Positions 24,527-36,759 of a stretch of DNA of 64,000 nt are shown here, piece after piece. The DNA comes from Dimorphilus gyrociliatus (Eukaryota > Animalia > Annelida): assembly GCA_904063045.1 (NCBI GenBank), contig CAJFCJ010000031.1:248001-312000 (forward strand). Reading direction: 5' to 3'. Position numbers and translations under genes: made by a program. The notes below the pieces were generated by a model. It made no database searches, was not told where the DNA came from, and was given only the letters and a program-made list of their open reading frames with translations. Each line of letters starts with the position of its first letter. The first letter of the stretch is position 1.

Positions 24527-27500
24527 ATGAGTAGTGATAAACAAGAAGACGAATCATGGAAAAAATTACCGCCCGAAGAAAAAGTGAAGCAATCGGTTTG
24601 TCTTTTAAATAATTTTGCAGCCGTTAAAACTATTTTTCAAAATAATTTCTGAGTCATTTCTGAGTAAAATGTTAATTACATTATACTACATTACACTATG
24701 TGATAAATAACAATATATTTCTACCGTTTTTCAATTGGTAAGCTTGATAAAGCTATAATATATTCTAATGGTGACAGAATTGGAGAGCTCGTGTGGAAGG
24801 GTATCAAGAAGCTTCAAAACTATTCGAAAGAGAAGATGAAAAAAGTCCTGTATTTGATAAATATTTAGGTGTTGCCAAAAAATTTATCATCGACTCCAAT
24901 GCTCCTGCTCAAGAAAAGGGTGTTGAAGCTATGCAAAATTTTGTCAGAAATGCTGCTGTTGCTCGCAAGTCTGTTTATTTTTATTACCATGTAATAATAA
25001 TAAATCGAATATAAAACATTCGTTTTTTATTTATTGTAGAACGGCTGGTGAATGTGTAAATGCTGTTGTGACAAAATGCTTTAATGCACGCCAAAAAACA
25101 AAAGAAATGGGTATCGAATTGTTAATGTTATACATAGAAATTGAAAAGCAAGAAACTGTTATAGAAGAACTACTTAAAGGATGCTCAAACAAACAAGATA
25201 AGATAGTCAGAGCCAGTATATATACTATTAAGGAAGCAATGCGACAGTTTGGCCCCAAAATTATTAGCCCTAAACCTATTGTAAAACTTTTACCTAGCCT
25301 TTTGGAAGCTAAAGATTCTGTAGCTCGTGAAGAAGCTAAAGATTTAGCTGTTGTTATATATCATTGGTTAGGAGACCCTGCTCTTAAGTCGACGTTAGCA
25401 GCAGTGAAACCTCTCCTGCAAAACGAATTACAAAGTCTTTTTGAAGAAGTTAAAACTACCAAACCACAAAAATTAAGGTTTTTAAAATCTGAACAAGACA
25501 AAATTGAAAGAGCTCCCCAAGGTGAGGGATCTCAGGATGCCACAGCAGAAGTTCAAGTTGAAGAAGAAATCGATCCGTTAGCCTTTATTAATCCTGTCGA
25601 CATTTCAAAAGACATACCAAAAGATTGGTCGGATCAAATTGTAAGTGATGTTTATTTCGGTGTAATTTTAGTAAAGATAAACTAGTGACCAATTGATCAA
25701 AACCTAAAAGGTCTCGAAAAAGTGGAGTGATCGTAAAGAAGTAATTGAGAAAATTTCAAGCCTTGTTGAAGTAAATCCGAAATTAGAATACAACGATATT
25801 TATAAAGATATTGTACCAGCTTTGAAAAAAGTAAAAGAATACTTCTATTTGTTTTAGAAATTCTTTTATTGATTTATTTTCTCTTTCTTTTTATAGGTTT
25901 TAAGCAAAGATGTTAATGTCATGTGCGTTACGGCAGCAGCTAAATGCCTAGGGCTAATTGCCAATGGATTGGGGAAAAAATTTGGTATTTTTGTTCAAAT
26001 GGTAATCTAATATATTTTAAATAAGAGTTTTATTTAAATAAAATGAATGTATTATTTAAAGCTGTTAGATGCAATCCTTGATAAATTTAAAGAAAAGAAA
26101 TCTGCTGTTGTAACTGAGCTACGTACGGCCATTGACGCTGTCGCTAAAAGTGTATGTGTTAATTTTTATATTTTTTATTTGTTGACTATTTTAACATTTT
26201 TTTTTAATTATAAATATTTCAGACTACTCTTGATTCAATGAGCGAGACTTGTCTAAGTCATCTACGTCATAAAAATCCCGATATTCGTATGCAAACTTCA
26301 GCTTTTCTCGCAAGGTTTATTATATTTTATCTATTTTTTTTTTATTGTCTACAGTTTCTTTACATACTCTTTTAATAAAATTATTCTGTTTTTAAATAAT
26401 AGGTTTTTTCTCCGAACGAGTAAGTCCTCTTTGCCAAAAAAACTTTTAAAAAGCTACGTTGAAGCTTTATCTGCTGTAAGTAATTAGAGTTGTTATATAT
26501 TTTAAATATTAATAGTTGTTCTATGTTAAACATAGAATCTTAATGATACCGTTGAAATAAGAGAAGCGACTTACGAAGCGTTAGGAAATTGTATGAAAAT
26601 TGTAGGTGAAAAGGCGGTTGAAATATTTATTGGTGACAATGTAGAAGAAATTAAAAAGGAAAAGGTAGATATATTTAATTTTATTTTTAAATACGTAATT
26701 CCGTTGATTTTTCGTTTGTGTTTTTTTTATTCTAATCATTAAAGATTAGAGAATACAGTAACAAGACTATCGTCGCTAAAACGGATGGTGGAGCAAAAAA
26801 TGGAGCAAAAGAGGGTTCGTCTGGATCGGCCCCCCCTGCACCTACCCAATCAATTGCAGGTCCAAAGAAAGTTCCAATGAAGGGAACTAGAACTGCAGTA
26901 AAATCATCTGGTAACCTTGGTAAAAAAACTGATGCAAAACGTACTGCTAAAAAAGTATCATCCGAACAGGTATATACATACTGTATATATACATGTATAT
27001 ATATATAATATAACATATAAAATTTGTTTTATATTTTTTCTCTATATTTTAAATTAATTACAATTTAAATTATTACTTGCAGGAAAATTCAGAACAGGCA
27101 AATAGCTTTTTTTTATATATATATTTTGTCGCTTAATTTTTACCAATTTAAAAAAAATAACCAGCTTGTGTCCTTCTAACTGAATGTGATCCTCCTGTGT
27201 ATTTAGTTCTGTTTTAAACAATTCTTTAAAAAATACTACAATAACATAGATATTTTCTATGTAAATTTGTAATTTTATTTTTTAACAAACAAAATAGAAA
27301 ATTTTAACATAGTTTGTTTTGTAAAAATTTTCATTTTGTTTTTTTTTTAATTTATTTTACTTTGTTAAATATTTGATTTGGAAATAAAATTTTTACATTC
27401 AATTCTCAAAACAGAAAGAAACATCGAGTGGTTTTGAAGAGAGAGTACTATCTGTAAGTTTAATTGATTTTTACTGTATTTAATATAATAGAGTTAATTT

Positions 27501-30500
27501 GAAAAGGTTTTTTTTTATATTATAGGATGCAGATGTTGAATCGTTGGTTGCAGCTTTCCTTCCGGGTGATACCGTTTCAAATTTTGCCGCTCAGAAATAT
27601 TCTGATCGTCAAGGTGTTGTAGAAGATCTTATAGAAGTACGTAATGGAACAGTTAATAATGTATAATTTATAATTTTTTACATTTTCGTTGCATTATTAT
27701 AGAAAATAGGCAAAAGCTGTCGTGAAGATATACCTTGTCAAGCTATTATAAACGTTTTGGCACGTAAGCCAGGAATGCAGGATTGCAATCATTTGGTAAT
27801 GATATTGTTTTATTTAGCAGTGGAAATGTTTCTAATTTAGAAAATTTTTTTCGAAATTATTAGGTTATGAAATCTAAATTAAAACTAATTGAAGAGCTGG
27901 CCGTAAATGCTAATTTCTCAAAACTCTCCTGCGATTTGGTGCTAGATGGAGTAATTGATCAGTTAAGTCATCCAAAAAATAATCAACTTTCAAAAGAAGT
28001 TTTGTACGCCATGGCAGACACATTGGGTTTCAATAATATTTCAACACAAGTAAGTTTATTCATGGTTTTCATTTTGTTCAATGTGGCTTTTTCCAAGTGT
28101 TTTTTTTTTAATTGACCAAATTTCTCTCTTTTAGATTGCTGAACAATGTTTAAAAGCCAAAAACCCAACAAAGAAAGCAGAAGGCTTAAATTGCTTAAAC
28201 AATGGATTGGAATTATATGGTATTAAAAGTGTACAAATTCAAACTGTTATCGATTTTGTTAAAAATTCATTTCAACACAGTAATGTAGTATGTATACTTA
28301 TTATATTTTGTCTATCTACCAGCTTTAAGAATGAAATTGATAATCGTCTGTATTTTGTGACTTTCAGAATGTAAGGCAAGCCGCTTACGAACTGACCGCT
28401 ACCCTTTTATTGTATACCGACGATGTCGCAAATTGTTATTTTCAAGCTGAACAGGATAGAGTCAAAACTGAAATAAAAAACATTCGAGAAAAACAAAAAG
28501 ATCGAAAAAAATTACCTCCTAGTCGAGGTAAATTATCAGCTGCTGCTAAAGGTACTACATCTGGAAACGATAAAAATGGTGCTGCAAATCAAGAGGATGA
28601 GGAGGATGAAGATCCTATTGAAATGAATGTTCCCAGAGTTGATATAAGCGCCAACTTTACCGATGAATTTATGCAAAAATTATCACATCAAGCTTGGAAG
28701 GAAAAAAATGCTGCACTTGATACACTCATAACCATTCTGAAAGCGAATGCATTTATAAAACCAACTATTGGTGACCTATGCAATATTCTCAATCAGAGAT
28801 TAAAGGAATCTAACAAAAACCTGGTGGCAAAAGTAATGGACATTATTCTCATGTTAATAACTGCTCTCGGCCCTGGTGTTAAAGACTATGGAAGAATGTG
28901 GGCATTAAATATCTTATTAAATTTTGGTGATAAAAAAGCTCAGTTAAGGTCAACTGCCTTAAAGGCTATAGATGGTATTACGAACTATACAAAAATTAAT
29001 ATGATTTTCGAAAATGAAATTATTTTTGATGCTTTGAAACCTGAAAATCCTATGTTGAAGACAGAAATATTAAAATGGTTAACTGTAAAGTTAACTGATT
29101 GCAAGAGGCCGCCTGTTGCTGAATTAAAATTAATTATTCCAATTGTCTACTCCTGTTTAGAAGATAGAAATGTAGATGTTCGACAAGCTGCAAATGGAAT
29201 TTTAGCACCACTAATCAGAATTGTTGGATTTGACTCATTAAAAAGAGCTGCTTCTAAAGTGTCCAAAGCCTCGCAACAAAATATTTTAACAATTATACAA
29301 AAGGCTAAGGATAATCTACCAGCCATTTCAAAACCAGCTTCAGCTCCAGTTCAAACTACCAAAGTTGAGGAGAAACAAGAATCTTCCAAGCCTTCCAATG
29401 CTTCCGATTCCTCAAAAACAACGAAACCTAAAGAACCGACAGAGGAAATATCAGAAAAATCTTCCAAATCTAAGTTAGCTAAATCTAAAGTTCCAGCTCC
29501 AAAAGCTAAACCTGCAGCGAAGGAAACTACAACGGAACCTGTCACTCACCTGAAAGAAAATGCTGAAAAATCTGTCAGAATAAAGATGGAAAAAGACCGA
29601 AAGGTAAAAACCATTAATTATAAATAAAACATTCGATAATTACTAAAAATAAATTTTCTTTTCTTCATAGACGCTTAGATGGGACTTTTCAGGAAATAAG
29701 ACCGAATATATAAGACAACTAAAAACTCAAATGGAGGGATCATTCAGCAGAGAATTTATTGATATACTCTTCCACGCAACAGATTTTAAAGTTTACGTAA
29801 AAGGAATTGAAATGTTATATAAGGTAGGAAACATGTTCTATTCTTAAACTGGGTGAGAACATTCGATTAAAATTGGAAAAAAACAAATACTTATTTTAGT
29901 GCTTAACGGAAGAACCGTTATCTCTGACTTTATCGAATCTTGACTTGATTTTACGCTATTTTACTATACGCTTCCAAGAAAATAATACAACCGTCTTGAT
30001 AAAGATTTTTGACTATTGTGATGTAAGTACTAGATTGAAATTGGTGTTTTATACATTAAACTATATTACCTTTGTGTTTTAGAAACTCTTTGCCGAACTG
30101 CTTAATTCCAACTACGTTCTACTTGAATACGAAGCTTACAGCTTTCTACCTTTCCTTATTCTCAAAGTAATTAACACTTTTGTTATTAATCTATATTTAA
30201 ATATGAATTTTTTTAGATTGGAGATACTAAAGAAAATATTAAACGAGCTGCAAAGTCTTTAGTACAACAATCGGCTAAAATGTATTCGCCTTTTAATATA
30301 TGCAAATTCGTTGTTGATGGTTTAACTTCGAAAAATTTAAAATTTAGAGCTGGTAACGTTTTCCCTTTATTAATTGTATTAAAAACAATTCGTAATTGAT
30401 CTTTTAATTTAATTTTACAAAATAAGAATGCATCGATCAAATTGGTATGCTGATACAAGAGAATGGAATGCAAGTGTGCTATCCGAATGAAAAAACTCTA

Positions 30501-33066
30501 ATGAAGAGTATAGCTGAGCAGATTGCATTGAAAGATCATGCAATTAGGGAATATTCCTTAAACGCTCTAGTTATAGCCGTACAATATAAGGGAAAAGATG
30601 CGATCATGAAACACCTTAATTACGTTAGTAAAGTTGTTAAAAATATAATATCTATCTCTATTGAAATAATCGATATATATTTAGCAGATATATATTATTT
30701 CTTACTAATTACTTTTTTAAACAAAAATCATAGAAAAAGCAGACACAGGTTTATCTATACTTTTTAAAGGCTTCCTTATTTTTTAGATTTAGATTTAACC
30801 AAACTTTTATTTTTATTTATTTTTTTTATTTAAAACTGTCTATTTGTAACGAAAACTAATTATATTTTTTTTCGACAGCTCCCACAAGCTACAATCTCAA
30901 TGATTGAAGAACGTTTTAAAAGAACAACAATAATGTAAACAATTGATTTTTTATTATTATTTAATTATTTTTACCCGTAGATAGTTAATTTGATTTTTAA
31001 AAATATCGATAAATATTAATTTTTTCAATTAGGCCTAAGACTGAAGTTAGACCTCAATCGCCTAAAAGACAGAATAGGACTCCTTCTCCGAAACCGAAAT
31101 CTAGACAGGTTAATTCGGCTTTGGAACAAATGAAAATAGTATCACAGTCACAATCTTCTCCCTCAACTAATAAACAACGTGTCAGTTCACCTGAACGATC
31201 ACCAATGGGTAATTTACAAAGGCCAGCTACCTCACCAGCCTCTTATAAAGAAAATACTAGTCCTGTCAAGAGGAAATCTGATGCGAACGACAGAGAAAAC
31301 TTTTATCTACAAATGAAAATTGAGGATAATATGAAATACGTTGCAAAGGAAACCCCTAAAATACCATCTCGATCAGCCCCCATTGAGCAAGCACTAAAGA
31401 AAAAAGAGAGAAATGCCATATTCTCTCTTACTGAAGTTGGTCTATATTTATCTAAGCGTATTGACAAACTAGACATAACAGATATCACGAAAACAAACGA
31501 AAATCTCAAAGAGGTTTGCATGATTTTAGTTTATCCTTTTCTTTTTGTAAAAATTATTCACATTGTCAACAGATTGCTGCAACTGTCGAGGCCGTCGGAA
31601 ATAATGATATGCAGACCGTTTACAGAAGGCTAGCTCCTTGCCTTATTGCGGCTACAGGTTCCGATTTTGATCGGGCCGCCAAAAAGGTTATAAGTGGAAC
31701 CGATAAACCGACGGTTCGATCGCCCTATCTCGACTACTGCCAATATCTTATTGCAATTTTTGATGAGATATTGACTTATAATGACATTTTAAAGAATATC
31801 GAGAAGAAAGAGCTTAGAATCATCGTCAGGCCTTGTTTAGAAATATTAGGTCTATCTAGTAGGGTAAAAACGGATAGCGTTAAATCTCTTGTTCGTCTTA
31901 CGCAGTATTTACTCACAAGCCTGCTTACTAGTTCCGATATCGAAATATTTTTACGGTACGAAAATTACCTCTTTACAATAATAATGTTCAATTAGAGAAA
32001 TTACTCTTATATCTATTATTATTCCACACAGTATTATCTATGATTGGGTAAGTTTTAAAATAAAAGAAGATTATCTCCCCGACTCTGGTGTAGGTCCAGT
32101 TCAACCAGTGTTCAAGGTAACAAGGATTTTCTATTTTGTTTATCATTAGACTTTTTAATAACTTTCTCCTTGAAATTGTAGTTCCTGGCTAACTCCCTTA
32201 GTAAAAATAAATCCAGTGGCTTAAAAATATACAAATTGGACGCTTTTGTATCGTTAATGGCTGAACTTCAAAAACTGGCTCATGAATTACCTGAAAGTCT
32301 TGCAGGAAAGCAAAATGCTATTATTGAACATTTCCTACATATTGCATATATTCAACACGGTCCAGCTCTTTTGCAAGAAGCCGAGTTGTGCTTATCGAAA
32401 GATCATGAAATTATTTTAAAAATAGTTGAAGCTAAAGCGTCCCCAGCGTCTTCTGTAAGATTTTCTCTTAATCTATTTTTAAAAAAAATAACAAATAACA
32501 TCTATTTCTTTCGCATAGCCGAGCGATATAAAGAAGCAATTAGCGAAAATCTTTAAAATGTTTTCGAACAAAGAGACGATGGACGACGCAGCGAGAGAAT
32601 TACTGAGGTGGACGGATAGAAATCCAGGCGTTGACATCTGGAAATATACTGAAGGGCCTGACGAACAGTTTAAAAGATTTATAGATCAGAAATTGGCTAG
32701 GTTAAAATTGGAAACAAGAAGTTCAAGACCGAATAAGAAGCTTAGTTGTCACACTTTACCGCCAAAACATCAAAAGAATCCTCACTATAAAATGCAACGT
32801 CTTCTAATGTTAAAAAAACGTATAGATGACGTCATCGATAGAGACGGTGTTATAAAGACTAGCAGCTGTAAGTAAAGTTAATTTTGTAAATGTCTAATAG
32901 CACACATTTTCACTATTGAATAATACTTGTATATTTTGTTTTTTATTCTATAGCTGACCGATACGTTGATCAATCCAACTCATCCAATTCCGATTCGACC
33001 GATAAATTGGCATCGGATCAACAAAATGATATTTATAAACATGATAAAGTAGATCTATTAGCATGA
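24527..33066 (+). CDS. CKAP5: XMAP215/chTOG/Msps microtubule polymerase with multiple TOG domains, many exons
   Basis: TOG1 WKKLPPEEK...NWRARVEGY...DSNAPAQEKG; TOG2 KWSDRKEVIE...VLSKDVNVMCV; further HEAT/TOG blocks (AWKEKNAALD...ESNKNLV; CLEDRNVDVRQAA); TOG5 RWDFS...LLEYEAYSFLPFLILK|IGDTKE; C-terminal domain LAKIFKMFSNKET. Confidence 0.93.
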
Positions 33067-34219
33067 TTTCTTTCTTAAATATTTTTTTTTACCGCCAAAA
33101 ACAAAATATTAAAATGTGATTTTTTTTAAACGTCTACATTACTATACCGTAAAGTGCTCCTCGTTTTAGATTGTCTCTGAAGCTAATAAAAACCGTCAAG
33201 GCTTTTAATGTTTTTTTTTTAACCATCTTTGTTTTTAATATAAATTTGTTTAATTTATAATTAAATAATAATTAATTTTATCCAATTAAAAAAAAAAATG
33301 CCTTTCTCTATAAAACCTTTTTGTTGATAATTTTGCTTCTCCTACTATTTTTTATTTATTTAAAGGAGCAAAAGGAAGAGAAAAGTTTATGTAATATATT
33401 ATCTAAAAGTAGTAAAGAAATATGCAGTTGTCATTACTCAATATAATGTATTATATGACTTTGAATGCAGTAGAAAAGGCGTTATAGGATTTAATATTTT
33501 GAAAAAAAATAGGAAAGAATGGATAAGTTTCTAATTAATTAACAAATATGGTCGTCTGTATAGTAGGAGAGAAACTAGTAAAATGATAGTGACAGTATAT
33601 TTTTCGTATTCCCTTCGTATATAGTAACAAACAACGTAAAACAAAGAAAAAGACGTTTCTAGAATTTATCGCCTCTCTTGTTCAATTAATATAGAAACTC
33701 GTGGGAATTTTAAAGTAGAATATTTGCTGTATATATAAAGAAGAGAGAAGGAAAAGGGAACAAGAGCTTTCTTCTCTTAAACTGAAAAAATTTTTCAATA
33801 AGAATTTCCCTCAATAGTTTGTCTACAAGGAAAAAAAAGACTGACAAACTAACATGTGTGTATAACTTTTAAGCCTATTACATTTATAATATATATTAAT
33901 GCTATCCATATATACAGACTTTATGTTAGACCAGCATTTGCAGTAATAACCTTTGATTGACTGTTTATAACGCAGTACAACAATGAAAATAACACCTACG
34001 GTTAAATATGGCCATTATTTCTTTTTCTTTCTTTCTTTCCCTCTCTTTTCTCCTTCTGGCTCTCCTTTCATGTTTTTTATTAACTTAAACGAGTAAGCCT
34101 ATAGTATTGAAAAATTAAATGTAAAAACAATTGGAGATAATTTTAGTTACTAGTACAAAATAAAATACAGTGCTATATTTTATCAGTGTACACCTAATTG
34201 TGACAATTTAATTAATCAA

Positions 34220-34233
34220 CCGCCAGATGGCTG
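34220..34233 (+). promoter_or_regulatory. CTCF-like motif between the convergent CKAP5 and CUEDC1 3' ends
   Basis: CCGCCAGATGGCTG; its first 12 nt are identical to the 24377 site. Confidence 0.45.
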
Positions 34234-34925
34234 AACAAGTTCTAAAAATGTTACGATTATGTATCAATTGCGTCTTCCTGATTAAGTACAAAGAGAAAAA
34301 TACAGATAATTAGTTCTTATTTTTAAACAATGGAAATACTTTCTGCAATTGACTATTGTTAGTAATCCAATATCTTAAGCTGAGCGCATGAAATGAAGAG
34401 AGCGGGAGGGGAGAATTGAAAGGAGGATATAACTAGCAAAAAGGAAGAAAGCTTCCATAGCGGTTTAATTAAAAAGAAAGATACGAATACCTAAGTCTGC
34501 TACTACTAAAAGGTCCTGCTGTTTTCTAAAGTTTAATTAGAATTGTCTTAAAATGAATATAAAAAATGTTTGACAAACAAAACAAACAAAAAGAATATAA
34601 AATTTATACAGTTTCTGAAAATATATTTTCATAAACATATCAATAATTCAATAATTTAGTTCACTAAATATTTTTTTTGTGGACTAGTTAAAAATTGCTG
34701 AAAAGCAGAAAAAAAATAAATCAAGTTTGTTTGTAGTTTGTAAGCAAAATTCACTGATAAATGAATATTTTGGAGGTGAAAAAAACACAGCATTAAAACA
34801 GACTTATATATATATATATATATATATACTATACATATCTATATATAGATATGTAAAAGTAGTGTGTATATATATTAACCTAACATAAAGAAAAAGAAAA
34901 ATACAAGCTGATCTTCTTTCGGCGA

Positions 34926-36442
34926 TTAACTGCCACCTGAGGAATAGAGTAATAGAATTTTAATAGTATTAGGTACGTATTGGGAGCAAACATACTGTTT
35001 ATTATTTTCTGATCACTGTCCTCTTCATTTTCCAGCAGATTGAAGGAAGATGGTGACGAATTGTCTTTTAATCTATAAATAAAAAAAGCAACGTACATAA
35101 ATATAATATATATATATATATAATACTATATGTATTTTGTCATTATCACACTTACACTGATGGTCTATTTGACTTCTTTTTTGCAAAAAATTGTTTAGCA
35201 GCTGCCGTTAATTTAGTCTTCCTCGATTCTATTAGCAAGTATAAATGAAATTTATAATCTAAATAATATTATTAATTGTATAAATGCTACGTTTTGAGAT
35301 TTGTCTTCCCTTAGAATCTTCTAGAATATCTGTATAAGATGAAAAATATTTAAATTGTTGGTAAGAAATTCGATAACTTATATATATATATTACGTAGTA
35401 CCCGATTCAGTTTCATCTGTAAATTTTGCATATGATCCAAAGCGATTTTGTGATTTTCCATCTTCTATAGTAAAATTTTGGGGGAAAAAGATGAATTAAA
35501 TACCGACAAACTCAATTTTAATTTATTAAAATAATAATAATAATAATAAAGATGTAAAAATTATACCAATTTCATTCTGATTCATCTCGCACATTAATTC
35601 ATCGTTTTGGAGCATTGTAGCGAATTGTTCATCATCTAAAAATTGTTTTGTAACCCTATCGTTTTCCGAATTATCATTTAGCGATGATCTACGTCTAATA
35701 TTTTCTTCAACTTTAGTTTTTATAGCATTAAGTGATCTTCTAAATGAAGAATGAGCCTATAGGAGAGAAAACAGAGAATGATTAATAAAAAATACCTCAT
35801 TCTTCCTTTGTTTTTTTGGAAGAGGGGAATTAATCAATAAAAAGATTGTAACATGTAAAAATAACACAAATTGAGAAGCACGATTATCTTAATCATTACA
35901 CAAAAATTTTAGCCTTTTGAAGCCAATAGTAAAAAAGAAGTAAGAAAAAAAAGAAAAAAGAAACCCAGTCATACCGGCATCCTACAAAAAGACCTGCTTG
36001 TTAATTGGAAGGAACGGATAACGTATTGTTTTTCAGTCGACTTAAAAAAAGTCTATCTTACCGTTTCGTTGTGACGACGGAAATTAGTTTCTTCGTCGCT
36101 CTCCAAACTAATTCTTAGAAATTCATCTGGAAGACTTCTTCGATAGTGATAGCGTTCTGCAACTTTCTTAGCGACCGGTGACAAATTTCTATAACTAGAA
36201 GATGGGCAATAGTCATTTTCAACAAGATGACATGCCTTAGGAGTAGGAGAGCCATTGACTTTCATATCTTCTTTCGAATCCGAATGCATTCTTAGCAAAT
36301 GATCGATTGTAGCTTCAACAACGCCATCGTGCGATCTGAGGACTGATTCGATAATATCGTCGTTCAAACCAGGGAACATAATTTTAAAATCTTTCATAGC
36401 AGAATGAAACTCCAGACCGTCTTCACTACTCATATTATCCAT
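34926..36442 (-). CDS. CUEDC1: CUE domain-containing protein 1-like, about 7 exons; 3' end approximate
   Basis: CUE domain LEFHSAMKDFKIMFPGLNDDIIESVLRSHDGVVEATIDHLLRM; downstream exons FLDDEQFATMLQNDELM, SRKTKLTAAAKQF and SSFNLLENE match CUEDC1 blocks. Confidence 0.8.
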
Positions 36443-36759
36443 CTTCTCTGAAACTTTTACCAGAAGTACTGTTCACCAATTACGATAATTAAAGCTTATG
36501 AAAATTAAGTTTTCCCAATAATAAACAAACCAGACATACTCTTTATTTAGCCTGGTTTCAACTCTGAGATTTCTGAATTGTATCTTATTGTTCCGGGGAA
36601 CAAGGAGCCTATTAATAGATGTCGCTACTTATTCTCTTTTATTTTAACATTCTCAAACGGTCATCACGTCACTAACCGGTGAAGTAAAAGTATTGCAGAA
36701 ATCCGCGCTAACCGGGGAGTTTGAAGGCAAGGAGCGATTTTTTACGAATCAGGGCTAGC

